Positions 1 to 8,263 are shown, counted from the stretch's first letter. The stretch: DNA of 58,011 bases from Nanobdellota archaeon (GCA_018825425.1 JAHJEM010000063.1:1-58011), one strand, 5' to 3'. The notes: a model not told the origin generated them from the letters alone. Numbers and translations are program-made.

Positions 1-981
1 CAAAGATTTGACAGGTTAGTCGATTTTTTCGATGAACATTTCAAGGATTTTTTTGATTTTGATAGTGAGCCGTATGCAGTTTTTAGAGCAAACACAAATT
101 TAAACGAATTTGACCCGCGTACTGAAGGTCTTCCGAATGGATTAAGTCGTCAATTTGCAACAAGAACAGCTGTTCTTGACGTACCATTGGATGATATTAC
201 AAGTTCTCAGGCAGAAATTTCTATTCCAGGAATGAAGCCAAGAAAGCATATGGAAGTAAGCCGTATTGCTCAGAATGTTGCACAATATGGACATGGAATA
301 AGAATAATGTTTGAGCTAGGATGTGGAAAAGGCTTTCTGACCAATTATCTTGCGATGATGTCAGGATCTGAAGGCAATTTTATTGGCATAGATCATGACC
401 AATGTAGTCTTAAGCAAGCAAAAAAGACAGCTCAAGATCTAGGATTAGATTCAAGATTTATTCATAGCGATGCAGAGAGTATTCATTATGATGAGTTCGC
501 TGGCAGTCTAGAGCCTCGTGCTGTACTTGGTCTACACACCTGCAACTATCTGGCAGACAGAATAGTGCAATCTGGAGCAAATTTAATTGTTGTGGCACCT
601 TGTTGCTATCATGATATGGATCCGGAGCATTATTTCATTAGCAGTCATGGTAAGACTGTAGTGGAAAATAGCAATATTCCTCCTGATGATATACTTGGAG
701 AATTGGCCACAGCTCATGGTTTGTGTATAGGATTAGCCGGCGATTTTAGTACTCACGTTATGGAAACAGAAGACAGATTAGGTGATGCAGGCCCAGATTA
801 CACAAATACTATGTTACAAGCATTAACTCTTATGAAAAGGTTTTGGGGTGAACCCGCATCTGCACTCTTGGCATTAGACCGTGCAGTATATCTCCAAGAA
901 CAGGGATATACTACAGAAGTAAGCACCTTCTCTGAAGGAACTCTTACTCCAGGAAATATTTTGATTACTGCATACAGATAG
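1..981 (+). CDS. SAM-dependent methyltransferase, Methyltransf_32/METTL25-like (5' end lies outside the window)
   Basis: Frame 1 has no stop from base 1 to the TTG at 187 used by the ORF track, so the CDS is 5'-truncated. Has GMKPRKHMEV motif, glycine-rich SAM loop ELGCGKGFL and acidic strand IGIDHD. Confidence 0.6.
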   Translation, partial: QRFDRLVDFFDEHFKDFFDFDSEPYAVFRANTNLNEFDPRTEGLPNGLSRQFATRTAVLDVPLDDITSSQAEISIPGMKPRKHMEVSRIAQNVAQYGHGIRIMFELGCGKGFLTNYLAMMSGSEGNFIGIDHDQCSLKQAKKTAQDLGLDSRFIHSDAESIHYDEFAGSLEPRAVLGLHTCNYLADRIVQSGANLIVVAPCCYHDMDPEHYFISSHGKTVVENSNIPPDDILGELATAHGLCIGLAGDFSTHVMETEDRLGDAGPDYTNTMLQALTLMKRFWGEPASALLALDRAVYLQEQGYTTEVSTFSEGTLTPGNILITAYR

Positions 982-1016
982 AAAAATATTAAAGCCATGC
1001 CATTCCAAGAGATACA

Positions 1017-1361
1017 ATGGTTCAAGATTCTCTTGCAATTCATCATCTTCACAAGAGAAAGAGAATTCATCAGAAGTATGAAAAATATCCTCATCCCAAT
1101 AAATTCAAGAGGATTATGGATAAGCTAATTTTCTTTGCAGGTTTCCTTGCGATTATCATGACTATTCCGCAAGTCTTGAAAATATGGGTTGGACAAAATG
1201 CGTCAGGAGTATCTATATGGTCCTGGTCAGCATATTTGTTTACCACACTTATATGGTTGGGATATGGAATTGTCCATAAAGATAAGGCAATCATATTCGC
1301 CTATTCACCGTTCCTTATTCTACACCCGTTAATCATTATAGGAACCGTATTATATGGCTAG
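1017..1361 (+). CDS. SemiSWEET / PQ-loop small membrane transporter with a basic His-rich N-terminal extension
   Basis: Three predicted TM helices. TM1 carries the PQ motif (IMTIPQVLKIW), followed by a LIWLGYGI..D..II pattern as in bacterial SemiSWEETs. An AATATTAAA box about 27 nt upstream of ATG 1017 supports the long form over Met at 1116. Confidence 0.7.
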   Translation: MVQDSLAIHHLHKRKRIHQKYEKYPHPNKFKRIMDKLIFFAGFLAIIMTIPQVLKIWVGQNASGVSIWSWSAYLFTTLIWLGYGIVHKDKAIIFAYSPFLILHPLIIIGTVLYG

Positions 1362-1408
1362 AGTATATTGCCAAAGTGTGTAGCTTGCACAGGGTTTTCT
1401 CCATTAAC

Positions 1409-1417
1409 TTTATAAAA
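1409..1417 (+). promoter_or_regulatory. TATA box (TTTATAAAA) for leaderless thrS
   Basis: Centred ~28 nt upstream of ATG 1441. The same spacing recurs at many first-in-operon genes in this window. Confidence 0.6.
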
Positions 1418-1440
1418 TCCTTCCAACTTATCCTGCTCAT

Positions 1441-3342
1441 ATGGCAGCTATAAAAATAAAACTCGAAAAAAAGGAGCTTGAGATCAAAAAGGGCGCCAGT
1501 GGACTAGATATCCTAAAGGATAATCCACATGATGGTGCAATCGCCATGAAATTAGATGGCAAATTGGTTGATCTTACAACTACATTAGATAAATCTGCCG
1601 CAATTGAGTTTGTAACAAGCAAAGATGACGAAGGAAAAGAAGTCATCAAACATAGTGCTGCACACATCATGGCTCAAGCCATAAAAAAACTCTATCCTGA
1701 AGCAGAACCCACAATAGGCCCTGCTATAGATACTGGTTTCTACTATGATTTTGACAATCTGAAGATACAGCAGGAAGATCTTCCAAAAATTGAGAAGGAG
1801 ATGAAAAAAATCATCCATGATAAACTTCCTTTCACAAGAAAGGTTGTTCCTTTGAAAGAAGCTCTTGAAATGTTTAAGAATAAGTACAAAAAAGAGATAA
1901 TCAAGGAATTGACAGACAAAGATGTTAGTACTTACAAGCAGGGAGACTTTGTCGACTTATGCCGCGGACCTCATGTCCCACACACAGGATATGTCAAAGC
2001 AATCAAACTAACCAAACTTGCTGGAGCCTATTGGAGGGGCGACAGCAACAATGTCATGCTAACAAGAGTTTACGGAGTGGCATTTGCAAGCAAAGATGAA
2101 CTCAATGAATATGTCAAGCTATTGGAAGAAGCAGAGAAAAGAGATCACAAGAAGATTGGCAAACAGATGGACCTTTTCAGTTTCCACGAGGAAGCAGCAG
2201 GTGTTCCATTTTTCCATCCTAAAGGAAGCATTATCTACAACGAACTCCTGAATTTTATCAGGGATGAATACTTCAAGAGAGATTATGGAGAGGTCGTGAC
2301 CCCAACAATTCTCAAGAACACCATGTGGAAGCAGAGCGGTCATTGGGATCATTATAGAGAAGATATGTATTTTACTAAGATTGACAAGCAGGACTATGGT
2401 TTGAAACCCATGAACTGTCCTGCAGCAATTCTAATCTATAAGAACAGTACAAAAAGCTACAGGCAACTTCCTCTAAGGTATGCTGATTGTGGTTTTATCC
2501 ATAGAAATGAACTCAGTGGAGTACTTAATGGATTATTCAGAGTGAGAAGGTTTATCCAGGATGACTGTCATCATTTTGTCACGCCTGATCAGATGGGTGA
2601 AGAGATCAAGGAATTGATTGATTTTGTGAAATATGTCTACAAGGATGTTTTTGACTTCGAATTCCATGTAGAACTATCTACCAAACCTGATAAGGCCATG
2701 GGTGATGACAAATTATGGGAACAGGCAGAAGGTGCTTTGGGCCTTGCTATGAAGGAGGTCAAGTTGCCTTTTACAATTAATCCTGGCGATGGTGCATTCT
2801 ATGGTCCAAAATTGGACTTCCATATCAAAGACGCGCTTGGAAGGAGCTGGCAGTGCGGTACAATCCAGGTTGATTTCCAGATGCCAGAACGATTTGATCT
2901 CAATTATGAAGGACCTGATGGGACCAAGCATAGACCTGTAATCATCCACAGGACAATAATCGGCAGTGTTGAACGGTTTATGGGTGTGCTCTTGGAGCAT
3001 ACTGCTGGACGACTTCCGCTTTGGCTTTCTCCGGTTCAGGTTAGGATCATGCCTATAGCAGATCGTCATCTGGATTATGCAAAAGGAGTATTGGAGGAGT
3101 TGAAAAAACAAGGAGTCCGGGTTGACATGGATGACCGTACTGAAACCATCGGGAAAAAAGTCAGAGATGCTCAATTGCACAAGGTTCCAATCATGCTTAC
3201 ACTTGGTGACAAGGAATTGGAAGCTAAAACTCTTGCTGCAAGAACATTGGATGGAAAACTCAAGTTTGGAATAAAGACAGCTGACTTTGTAAATGCAGTA
3301 AAACAGAATATTGAGGAGAAGAAGGTTAGCGTTAGTTTTTAG
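1441..3342 (+). CDS. thrS: threonyl-tRNA synthetase, bacterial-type architecture (TGS + N2 editing + class II core + anticodon-binding)
   Basis: N2 editing-domain motifs HSAAHIMAQA and CRGPHVPHTG. Class II core FRVRRFIQDDCHHF, GAFYGPKLDF, HRTIIGSVERF. C-terminal anticodon-binding domain. Confidence 0.95.
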   Translation: MAAIKIKLEKKELEIKKGASGLDILKDNPHDGAIAMKLDGKLVDLTTTLDKSAAIEFVTSKDDEGKEVIKHSAAHIMAQAIKKLYPEAEPTIGPAIDTGFYYDFDNLKIQQEDLPKIEKEMKKIIHDKLPFTRKVVPLKEALEMFKNKYKKEIIKELTDKDVSTYKQGDFVDLCRGPHVPHTGYVKAIKLTKLAGAYWRGDSNNVMLTRVYGVAFASKDELNEYVKLLEEAEKRDHKKIGKQMDLFSFHEEAAGVPFFHPKGSIIYNELLNFIRDEYFKRDYGEVVTPTILKNTMWKQSGHWDHYREDMYFTKIDKQDYGLKPMNCPAAILIYKNSTKSYRQLPLRYADCGFIHRNELSGVLNGLFRVRRFIQDDCHHFVTPDQMGEEIKELIDFVKYVYKDVFDFEFHVELSTKPDKAMGDDKLWEQAEGALGLAMKEVKLPFTINPGDGAFYGPKLDFHIKDALGRSWQCGTIQVDFQMPERFDLNYEGPDGTKHRPVIIHRTIIGSVERFMGVLLEHTAGRLPLWLSPVQVRIMPIADRHLDYAKGVLEELKKQGVRVDMDDRTETIGKKVRDAQLHKVPIMLTLGDKELEAKTLAARTLDGKLKFGIKTADFVNAVKQNIEEKKVSVSF

Positions 3343-3357
3343 GCAATTACAAAAACA

Positions 3358-3365
3358 TTTAAAAA
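3358..3365 (+). promoter_or_regulatory. TATA box (TTTAAAAA) for leaderless serS
   Basis: Centred ~28 nt upstream of ATG 3389. Confidence 0.55.
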
Positions 3366-3388
3366 CGTGCTTGCAGTGCTTAATTCTT

Positions 3389-4663
3389 ATGATAGATATT
3401 CATCAGATAAGAGAGGATTATGAGGGCGTCAAGAAGAATCTCGAGAAACGAAAAGATCCTGAACTCATCAAACTTGTGGATCAAGCCAGACTTCTGGATG
3501 AGAACTGGCGAGAACTAAAAAAACGGACTGACGAGCTACGCCATGAGAGAAATGTTGTTAGTCAGGTCATAAATAAGCTCAAGAAAGATAATAAAGACGC
3601 TGCTTCTGCCATGGAAAAGGCTAAGAAGATTCCAAAGGAGCTCAAAGAGATTGACGAGAAGCAGAAAGCCTTGGAAGCAAAGCTCCGAATTATTATGCTG
3701 CGTATTCCAAACTTGTTGGCAGACAATGTGCCGTATGGTAAGGATTCATCTGAGAATGTTGAGATCAAGAAATATGGTGAGATCAAAAAACAAGGTTTTG
3801 AATTAAAACCACATGGTGAGCTTGCAGAAAGTCTTGGAATTGCTGATTTTGACAGGAGTACCAAGCTAAGCGGTGCTGGATTCTATTTTCTAAAAGGAGA
3901 TCTTGCTATGCTGAACATGGCACTGATCAAGTTCTCTATTGATTTCATGGTCAAGAAAGGATATACCTATGTTGAACCTCCTTTGATGTTATCCAGAAAA
4001 GCGTACGAAGGAGTGACAGATCTTGATGACTTTGAGAATGTCATGTACAAGATAGAAAGTGAAGACGCGTATATGATTGCAACATCAGAACATCCTTTAG
4101 TCAGCCAGCACATGGATGAGACTATTGATCCGAAGGGTCTACCATTAAAGTATGCAGGATACAGCATCTGTTTCCGAAGAGAGATAGGAAGCCGCGGAAT
4201 AGATACCAAAGGATTGTTTCGAACTCATCAGTTCAATAAGATTGAACAAGTAATCATATGTAAACCTGAAGATTCTACCAAATTGTTTGAAGAACTTGAT
4301 AAGAACGCTCAAGAGCTATATGAACAACTAGGTTTACCATTCAGGATTGTAAATATCTGCACAGGAGACATGGGAACTGTGGCACATTACAAACACGACC
4401 TAGAGGTGTGGTTCCCCAGGGTCAATAAGTATCAAGAGGTAGGATCATGTTCCAATTGTACTGATTACCAAGCAAGAAGATTGAATATCCGCCTGGGTGG
4501 CACTGATAAAAGATTTGTCCATACTCTTAACAATACAGCAATCGCCACAAGCAGGTGTATGGTAGCAATCCTAGAGAATTACCAGAACAAAGATGGTAGT
4601 GTTACTATTCCTGAAGTGCTTGTTCCATACATGAATGGAAAGGAAGTGATTAAGAAGAATTAA
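3389..4663 (+). CDS. serS: seryl-tRNA synthetase
   Basis: N-terminal coiled-coil arm and class II motifs (TSEHPL, FRREIGSRG, NNTAIATSR). Start moved from the track's 3311 to ATG 3389 (MIDIHQIRED), which removes the overlap with thrS and matches the TATA spacing. Confidence 0.93.
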   Translation: MIDIHQIREDYEGVKKNLEKRKDPELIKLVDQARLLDENWRELKKRTDELRHERNVVSQVINKLKKDNKDAASAMEKAKKIPKELKEIDEKQKALEAKLRIIMLRIPNLLADNVPYGKDSSENVEIKKYGEIKKQGFELKPHGELAESLGIADFDRSTKLSGAGFYFLKGDLAMLNMALIKFSIDFMVKKGYTYVEPPLMLSRKAYEGVTDLDDFENVMYKIESEDAYMIATSEHPLVSQHMDETIDPKGLPLKYAGYSICFRREIGSRGIDTKGLFRTHQFNKIEQVIICKPEDSTKLFEELDKNAQELYEQLGLPFRIVNICTGDMGTVAHYKHDLEVWFPRVNKYQEVGSCSNCTDYQARRLNIRLGGTDKRFVHTLNNTAIATSRCMVAILENYQNKDGSVTIPEVLVPYMNGKEVIKKN

Positions 4664-5022
4664 ATTTCCTTAGTATCTCCTTCTTCATTTGCAGCAATGA
4701 GTCGTACTCCCACACCAAGTTTGAGCAATGCTGAAAGGATTGCCATGTGCTCTGCTCCACTACCAGATATCATATTGAATGCAACTTCTGTCTCCCCTTC
4801 GAGCTTTCCTTTTAGTTCAGCCTGCAGTATTGCAACATTGTCAGCAATTGGCTTGGCTGCATCAATTAGAACCAAGTCTGCTTCTTTCTCATTCTGGTAG
4901 TTATCCTTAGACCACTGGTTTGTGACCAGGATCATCGTTTCAAACTGTCCAGAGTTGACGAGTGTGCCTACATGGCCCCAAGTGCCTTTTCCTGTGGACA
5001 AGCATGCTATTAGAGTTGTCAT
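4660..5022 (-). CDS. small Rossmann-like protein of unknown function (minimal CARF-like?)
   Basis: 120 aa. N-terminal strand plus glycine loop LIACLSTGKGTWG and later NMISGSGAEHMAI. A TATA-like box sits ~25 nt upstream of the ATG. The function call is speculative. Confidence 0.45.
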   Translation of the reverse strand: MTTLIACLSTGKGTWGHVGTLVNSGQFETMILVTNQWSKDNYQNEKEADLVLIDAAKPIADNVAILQAELKGKLEGETEVAFNMISGSGAEHMAILSALLKLGVGVRLIAANEEGDTKEI

Positions 5023-5061
5023 AGTATTTTCGCAAAAGAAGGATATTAATAAAGGTTTTGG

Positions 5062-5622
5062 CTATAGAAAATCAGAGTTGTTTAGCATAATCATTTCACT
5101 CTCATTCTCAGAATACTCAATTATGTTCAGACAAGCATTGCTCTGCTTGATATCAAGCATATCATTTGCAGGTATTCCATTAATAATACTAATAAGTGCT
5201 TGATTGAATCCAATGTGCGCTGCAATGAGTACACATTCATTAGAATGATTCTGATAAATCTCATCCAAGAATTGTTTAGCTCTTATTTGCATCTCTTCAT
5301 TTGTCTCAATATCATCTGGCCAGTTCTCCCAGTCACAATCATTGTCGAATTTTCCTGTGTAACTGCCCATGTCTCGCTCTCGTACCTCTTCAGTGATATG
5401 AAAATGAACATCTGGATGGTGCTTGGCAACTATTTTTGCAGTATCCAGAGCTCTTGTTAGGTCACTAGAATAAATCTGGTCAATCTGTTCATTTTTCAGC
5501 CTTAATCCTAGTTTTTCAGCTTGTTCAATTCCTTTTTTGGTGAGAGTCCCAGGTAGCTGTCCTGTAGCAATTCGCTTAATATTTTCCTCTGTCTCACCAT
5601 GTCTAGTCAATAAAATCCGCAT
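5062..5622 (-). CDS. histidine phosphatase family protein (phosphoglycerate mutase-like)
   Basis: N-terminal RILLTRHGETEEN (RHG motif), SDLTRALDT, and a later His in AAHIGF. Confidence 0.8.
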   Translation of the reverse strand: MRILLTRHGETEENIKRIATGQLPGTLTKKGIEQAEKLGLRLKNEQIDQIYSSDLTRALDTAKIVAKHHPDVHFHITEEVRERDMGSYTGKFDNDCDWENWPDDIETNEEMQIRAKQFLDEIYQNHSNECVLIAAHIGFNQALISIINGIPANDMLDIKQSNACLNIIEYSENESEMIMLNNSDFL

Positions 5623-5705
5623 ATTAGAGCTAAATACAGAGGAATTAATAAAAATACTCTTTTTTCAACAAAATTTTTAAACTAATAAACCCTCCTTCTT
5701 CCTAT

Positions 5706-6035
5706 ATGGTGGAAGAAAGCTCTGATTTGCTAGAGTTAGGGGGGAATATCAAGCTGGCCGGTTTCGGCACGCTGGAAAAATCCGAGCTCATAGTGGTGAA
5801 GAAGATAGTAGGTAGTTATGCCCGAAGATTCTCTGATAGACATAGTGATTTTGAAAGTCTACATGTAACTATGAAACTCACTCATAAGAGGGAGAAGTCA
5901 GAAAAATACGAGATAATGGGAAAGCTGCTCTTGGGAGGAAGTCCTAACAACTCCAGCGATGTAGATAGAAACCTTTTTTTCTGTCTAGATTCTGTTTTGA
6001 AGAAACTTGACACCACAGCTAGCAAGAAAATCTAA
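5706..6035 (+). CDS. possible HPF/RaiA (S30AE)-like ribosome-associated protein
   Basis: 109 aa. The pattern IKLAG...LHVTMKL...YEIMGKLLLGG...DRNLFFCLDSVLKKL parallels the beta-alpha-beta-beta-beta-alpha layout and the C-terminal d.y.aiD...dKL helix of bacterial HPF/YfiA. A TATA box sits 27 nt upstream. Confidence 0.4.
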   Translation: MVEESSDLLELGGNIKLAGFGTLEKSELIVVKKIVGSYARRFSDRHSDFESLHVTMKLTHKREKSEKYEIMGKLLLGGSPNNSSDVDRNLFFCLDSVLKKLDTTASKKI

Positions 6036-6583
6036 GAACGGGATATTTCTTGTTTCTTCACTCTACTTAGCGCTATAAAAATGACTTGCGGATCCCACTG
6101 CTGTTCTTTAAGAGTTTTTATGATCTCACCATCTGTCGATCCATTGGATCTCATCTCAGTTATATTGTTCTTCACAAGCTCTACAAATTCATACTGAAGT
6201 TCAAGAGACGGCGCTTTTTTAGTATTGAATATACCAAGCCGTTTTGGCACTTTTATCTTGTGTTCCTCTTTATTCTCCTTATGTTCTACTGTAAATTTCT
6301 TGTCCTTCTTAACTTCTAGTTTAGTTTTGGAAATCTTCCGATTTTCAATCTTCGTAAATACACTCTCTGCCTTGTCTTGATAGAAATTACGCCAATTCTC
6401 ATGAGCCTTCTGGAAGTGGTGTTCGTAAAAAAGAAACATAGTCATGGCCAATGTCAAAAACAGTAGTAGAAATGAATACACATCAGGCGTGAATAACTTT
6501 AGATTATCCTCTGCTGCAACAAACGCTTCAAGCAGAATGAAGTCCATAAGGAATACTGCAAGTAAAGTCACTATCTTCTTCAT
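6032..6583 (-). CDS. membrane protein, unknown function
   Basis: Two N-terminal hydrophobic helices followed by a Lys/Glu-rich soluble part. No recognisable domain. Confidence 0.55.
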   Translation of the reverse strand: MKKIVTLLAVFLMDFILLEAFVAAEDNLKLFTPDVYSFLLLFLTLAMTMFLFYEHHFQKAHENWRNFYQDKAESVFTKIENRKISKTKLEVKKDKKFTVEHKENKEEHKIKVPKRLGIFNTKKAPSLELQYEFVELVKNNITEMRSNGSTDGEIIKTLKEQQWDPQVIFIALSRVKKQEISRS

Positions 6584-6674
6584 AACAATTATTGATTCAA
6601 AGAACTCCTTTAAATAAGTTTTGATTTTATACTCGGAAGAAGTACAATAACTATAAGAAAAAAAGTGTAGAAAA

Positions 6675-6953
6675 CTATCCTATAGCTCTTCTAACATCAG
6701 TGACTTCAGCAGATTGTACACCCTCAATCTCCTTTACCTTGTCAGCAATAGGATCAGGACTGCCCTTAGCTTCGTCCATGACAAACATTAGATTAAGAGC
6801 ATTCAAACCGAATGCAATAGGTTCAATTTCAGCTTTTCTGTCCCCTTCTCCAACTTCAGAATAAAGAATCTTGTTGGCCTTCTCCTTTATTGCTTCCAAA
6901 TCAGTATCTGGAGCCTCAGGCATTATCTTTAGTGTAATTATTGCATTAGCCAC
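6675..6953 (-). CDS. ef1b: translation elongation factor aEF-1 beta
   Basis: 92 aa with a GTG start. LKIMPE...IAFGLNAL...V..VRRAIG is typical of archaeal EF-1beta. Confidence 0.9.
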   Translation of the reverse strand: MANAIITLKIMPEAPDTDLEAIKEKANKILYSEVGEGDRKAEIEPIAFGLNALNLMFVMDEAKGSPDPIADKVKEIEGVQSAEVTDVRRAIG

Positions 6954-6965
6954 TATAAATCACCT

Positions 6966-7136
6966 CTAGTTTGGGCCTTCAAAGCCACATTCAGGACAAG
7001 TATATTTAGCAACTATCTGCCTACATTTCTTGCACCTAATAATCTTATGCTTACTACAGCCAGGGCAGTCAAATGTAACTGCACCTCTGTCATTTGCAAT
7101 GTTCTTCTTACATGATATACATTGAATAATCGCCAT
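6966..7136 (-). CDS. Zn-ribbon protein (COG2888-type, usual neighbour of aEF-1beta); absent from the ORF track
   Basis: Hand translation gives MAIIQCISCKKNIANDRGAVTFDCPGCSKHKIIRCKKCRQIVAKYTCPECGFEGPN (56 aa). It has four CxxC pairs. ATG at 7134-7136, TAG at 6966-6968. A TTTAAAAA-type box lies ~30 nt upstream. Confidence 0.8.
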   Translation of the reverse strand: MAIIQCISCKKNIANDRGAVTFDCPGCSKHKIIRCKKCRQIVAKYTCPECGFEGPN

Positions 7137-7287
7137 TTTGGTTGTTGAGAAAAGCAGGTTGTTTAAAAAGGTTATGCATCACAATTGAATACAACATCTG
7201 CTGGGGCGGGTGGTCAGGGAATTAGAAGGAAGACACATAGACATGTTTAAATAAAAAAATGAATTTCCAAGCATGTAGGAGAGTATT

Positions 7288-8088
7288 ATGAAACTAAGAC
7301 TGCTATCATTAATGATTCCTTTTATATTGTACACTATTGGATGTGGGGATGGTGCTGCACCGGAGAAACAAGAAAAATCTAGACGTAAAAAAACTGTAGT
7401 TACTGAAGTAGCTGTAGTTACTAAAGTAGATCCCAAAGTGCAAGCACTGATTAATAAGGATCTTGAAGAAAGAATTGCAGTTCATAAGGAAAAGTTAGGG
7501 ATCGAGCATTTTGGATTGCCAAGAGTGGAACCCGGATTTCCAAAGGCAGGCTGTTATGTTGGAAGTGCACTTTATCATCCTGCAACCGATGCAATTTATT
7601 TAATGTCTTTTGGTGATCTACCCAACAATGGCCTGTTTTCTCCTAACAATGACGGTGATAGCACTTCAGTACATATAATTGATCATGAATTAGGCCATTT
7701 CTATGCAGATCAACTCCATGAAAGTCTCGGCAAAGGTGATTGGCCTCTGTACCCAAATGAAATGACTCTAAATACTCCAGGCATAAACATGATTAGTGAA
7801 GGAATAGCTGAATGGTTTGATAGGACTATTAATTGCAGAGAAGATGCTTTTACAGATACTGATTATCCTGAGGGTTTTGTAAACTGGTATGTTCATTCCA
7901 CTGCAGTATATGATGGCGGGATTTCTAATGTAATTTACAATGGAGGCTATCATCTAGTTAAACCAATTCTTGATAAACATGGAGCTGCTGGAATTGAGTA
8001 CTTGATTACTCACCCGCCTGTATCAGATGATTTCTCTGATCTTCCAGGATATAGAACCAAGGTTCTGGAAGTCCTTGAAGCTAAGTAA
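7288..8088 (+). CDS. secreted/lipid-anchored protein with HExxH zinc-metalloprotease motif
   Basis: Signal peptide ending in a lipobox-like YTIGC. IIDHELGHFYAD motif. Confidence 0.55.
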   Translation: MKLRLLSLMIPFILYTIGCGDGAAPEKQEKSRRKKTVVTEVAVVTKVDPKVQALINKDLEERIAVHKEKLGIEHFGLPRVEPGFPKAGCYVGSALYHPATDAIYLMSFGDLPNNGLFSPNNDGDSTSVHIIDHELGHFYADQLHESLGKGDWPLYPNEMTLNTPGINMISEGIAEWFDRTINCREDAFTDTDYPEGFVNWYVHSTAVYDGGISNVIYNGGYHLVKPILDKHGAAGIEYLITHPPVSDDFSDLPGYRTKVLEVLEAK

Positions 8089-8098
8089 GAAGAATTTG

Positions 8099-8105
8099 AA
8101 AAAAA
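8099..8105 (-). terminator. oligo-T tract (T7 on minus strand) directly after tRNA-Gly
   Basis: The plus strand reads AAAAAAA at 8099-8105, one base after the discriminator. Confidence 0.5.
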
Positions 8106-8106
8106 C

Positions 8107-8218
8107 TGCACCGACTGGGAATCGAACCCAGGTCAAAAGCTGTTTGCGTTAGCAAACTCTGGCAAACGTCAGGTTGCATATATGGCAAGCTTCTATTCTA
8201 CCATTAAACCATCGGTGC
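8107..8218 (-). tRNA. tRNA-Gly(GCC) with a ~41-nt intron at 37/38
   Basis: Minus strand: acceptor GCACCGA/TCGGTGC, D arm GTTT-AATGGTA-GAAT, anticodon stem GAAGC/GCTTT, loop TTGCCA..A (anticodon at 8184-8186), T arm CTGGG-TTCGATT-CCCAG, discriminator A. No encoded CCA. Confidence 0.88.
8142..8182 (-). other. putative tRNA-Gly intron (canonical 37/38 position)
   Basis: 41 nt must be removed to close the anticodon stem. Contains the hairpin GTTTGC-TAAC-GCAAAC. Boundaries are +/-1 nt. Confidence 0.75.
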
Positions 8219-8263
8219 GTAATTATTCAAAAGAACTATGGATTATTTAAATAGTTTATGGAG

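Noticed and set aside
3311-3388. N-terminal extension of serS (MRRRRLALVF...) suggested by the ORF track
   Set aside because: It overlaps the thrS 3' end, is not SerRS-like, and contains the TATA box. ATG 3389 gives a normal SerRS N-terminus.
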